From the NCBI GenBank assembly GCA_963662285.2, contig CAXXMV010000008.1, positions 704,001 through 768,000 of the forward strand: 64,000 nt of DNA. The letters are read 5' to 3'. This stretch comes from a bacterium. GTDB lineage: Bacteria; Hinthialibacterota; Hinthialibacteria; Hinthialibacterales; Hinthialibacteraceae. Made by a program: the position numbers and the translations under genes. The notes under the pieces were generated by a model. The model was not told where the DNA came from. It did not search any database and saw only the letters and a program-made list of their open reading frames with translations. This document shows positions 61,909 through 64,000 of the stretch, piece by piece; the stretch's first letter is position 1, and each line of letters starts with the position of its first letter.

Positions 61909-64000
61909 ATGAACCTACACTGGTATGACGAACAAATTCAACTTTACAAAAAACTTACTTCCCTCTATGAAAAAATGGCGGCGGGATTAAAACGGCGTCT
62001 GCAAATCGCCATGTCCGAGATGGGGATGGACGCTATCGTTCAGGCGCGTGCAAAAACCATCTCCAGCTATGCAGAAAAGATCGTCCGCAAACAGAGCAAA
62101 TATGCCGATCCTATCCGTCTGATCACCGACCTCTGCGGACTGCGCATCATCGTCGAACGATTGGATGAAGTTCGCCGATTGTGCGATTTCATTGAAACCG
62201 AGTTTGAGATTGATGAAGGAAACAGTGAAGATTGCCTCGAACGTCTGAAGATCAATGAGTTCGGCTACTTATCCAATCATTACATCGTGATGTTGACTTC
62301 CCCCGAAAAAGCTGAAGCGTTCGGCATTACGACGAGCGATCTCGATATCATAAAAACAGTCAAGGGGCTGGATTTTCCGATCAAGGCCGAGATCCAAGTA
62401 CGGACGCTACTGCAACATGCATGGGCGGTTTTCATACATAAGCATCTCTATAAAAGGAAATGGAACCTACCGCGGGCGTGGCTCCGCGAAACATCCCGTA
62501 TCTCGGCTATGTTGGAGGATGCGGACGATTCGTTTTCCCGACTGGTCGAGGAAATTGACGTCTATAAGACACAGTACGGCGCCTACATGACGCCAGATCA
62601 GATGAACAGTGAAATCGAGATGCTGCAATTGATTCAACGTTACGATCCCGGTAATGAATCTCTTGCCCGTGAAATTGCTCGAATCGCGAAGGAAAGCGGA
62701 CGCTGGTCATTGGTGGTGGAAACATTATTGCCGTTTCGCGAATCCGCCGATCCCGACTCTCTTCTCGATCTCGGCAACGCCATTTTGCACATGAAAGATC
62801 CGCTCCAAGTCGATGAAGGCCACCGCCTGATTGAGCGCGCCATTGAATTGTCTGCTAAAAACGCACCAGCCTATATCACCTTAGCCCAATTGTGCAGAGA
62901 AAGCGAACAGACAAAACGTTTGCGCTATTACGAAATGGCTTTTCAGGCCGATCCAAACGAACCCATGGCATTTTGTGGTTTTCTGCTAAACAAAATCATA
63001 GCAGAGCGAAATCGAGATTTTCTAGCATTGCTTCGCCCTCTTATAGAAAATGCCGTCAAACGTTGTAATGATCGAATACGCGCCGGTGTCGATGCTTCCT
63101 CTTCGTATTGTCATATCGGAATATTGCAGATGGCGTTGGGTCGAATGGAATCGAGCGCATCCGCCTTTGCCAAAGCGGCGACATTAAAACCGGTTCCTCG
63201 CGTATTTTATGAATATCGAGATTCGGTGCGTTTATTAATAAATCAGGTTAACAATCAATGGCCCGAACTACTCATACTCGACCAACTATTCGATCTCTTC
63301 AACAAAGCAGAGGCGCTTCAAAGCGGTTCAATCTCTGACATTTCAAACGACTTGCAGACGACGAGCCTGATACGGATTCCCGTTGTCATTGTGGCAGGCA
63401 GCTGCAATGAAGATTCGTCTCACCTCATGGAGGCGCATCGAAAATTGATGACAGAATCGTTTCAAGGATTTCAAGGAACAATTGTATCAGGCGGAACCCG
63501 ATCAGGCGTCAGTGGTCTGGTGGGAGATATGTCGTTGGATATGGGCAACGCCGTGAAACTGGGATATATACCCAAAGACATCGAATCAAATCAACTGCAT
63601 CCTGCTTTCCTCATCCGGAGAACGAAGGGATCAACCTTTTCGACGCTGGAACCAATCCAGTATTGGATAGATTTGCTACAATCTGGGATTTGTCCATTGC
63701 AAGTAAAATTGATCGGCTTCGGTGGTGGGGTGCTTTCAGCGTTTGAATATCGCTTGGCGCTGGCAATGGGCGCCTGGGTGGGCATATTGCCTGATAGCAG
63801 GCGTGAAGCCGCCCGCCTGCTGGACGACGATGATTGGAATGGCTCACCGAACCTTCTTCGCATTCCGTTGGATGCTGGGATTTTACGTTCCTTCATTCAC
63901 CCTGCGCCGTCGGCGGCGTTTGCGTCGGATGATCGCGAGCGAATGGCACGGGGCATTCATGGCGAATATCGAAAAAAACATGTGAAGCGATTGCTGCAAT
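61909..64000 (+). CDS. RelA/SpoT synthetase-TPR-SLOG-(probable RyR) protein, 3' truncated by window; absent from ORF track
   Basis: Manual translation has no stop from ATG 61909 to the end. QARAKTISSYAEK, TDLCGLRII, FGYLSNHY, EIQVRTLLQHAWA; TPR helices; VVIVAG…IVSGGTRSGVSGLVG…LIGFGGG…E; ends ERMARGIHGEY. Confidence 0.88.
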   Translation, partial: MNLHWYDEQIQLYKKLTSLYEKMAAGLKRRLQIAMSEMGMDAIVQARAKTISSYAEKIVRKQSKYADPIRLITDLCGLRIIVERLDEVRRLCDFIETEFEIDEGNSEDCLERLKINEFGYLSNHYIVMLTSPEKAEAFGITTSDLDIIKTVKGLDFPIKAEIQVRTLLQHAWAVFIHKHLYKRKWNLPRAWLRETSRISAMLEDADDSFSRLVEEIDVYKTQYGAYMTPDQMNSEIEMLQLIQRYDPGNESLAREIARIAKESGRWSLVVETLLPFRESADPDSLLDLGNAILHMKDPLQVDEGHRLIERAIELSAKNAPAYITLAQLCRESEQTKRLRYYEMAFQADPNEPMAFCGFLLNKIIAERNRDFLALLRPLIENAVKRCNDRIRAGVDASSSYCHIGILQMALGRMESSASAFAKAATLKPVPRVFYEYRDSVRLLINQVNNQWPELLILDQLFDLFNKAEALQSGSISDISNDLQTTSLIRIPVVIVAGSCNEDSSHLMEAHRKLMTESFQGFQGTIVSGGTRSGVSGLVGDMSLDMGNAVKLGYIPKDIESNQLHPAFLIRRTKGSTFSTLEPIQYWIDLLQSGICPLQVKLIGFGGGVLSAFEYRLALAMGAWVGILPDSRREAARLLDDDDWNGSPNLLRIPLDAGILRSFIHPAPSAAFASDDRERMARGIHGEYRKKHVKRLLQ

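Noticed and set aside
62067-63985. Short ORFs listed in the last 2 kb
   Set aside because: All overlap the long open frame starting at 61909, which carries clear motifs.
34577-64000. Calling the island CBASS or Thoeris
   Set aside because: No CD-NTase motif and no SIR2-SLOG or TM-Macro ThsA seen; the SLOG is fused to a RelA/SpoT domain instead.

Overview
Bacterial genomic window in two parts. Left (1-32.3 kb): two hybrid His-kinases around a REC-PAS-HD-GYP gene; secreted carbohydrate-active proteins (truncated heparinase II/III, GH-like protein, GH141-like beta-helix, DUF4838); a BlaI/BlaR1(M56)-kelch pair followed by three secreted WD40 proteins; and a Sec-signal beta-helix RHS protein whose C-terminal tip is cut off by one in-frame TGA. 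A mobile-element cluster follows: an intact ISL3 with 8-bp TSD, an IS66 remnant and the 3' half of a tRNA-Arg(TCG) that looks like an att site. Right (34.4 kb to beyond 64 kb): a probable island of innate-immunity-like genes in two divergent arms. The minus arm carries Nudix-cupin, a 2TM-RCK-RyR channel-like protein, DUF4062-NACHT-TPR-HEAT-FGE, TIR-TM-WD40, patatin and decayed TIR/STAND relics. The plus arm carries Zn-ribbon-TIR-NACHT-TPR, a pseudokinase-TPR, and an ORF missing from the supplied track (61909 to window end) that I read as RelA/SpoT synthetase-TPR-SLOG-(probable RyR). This island is the best candidate for an undescribed nucleotide-signal, channel-effector conflict/defence system. 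All domain calls come from motifs read by eye; no database searches were run.
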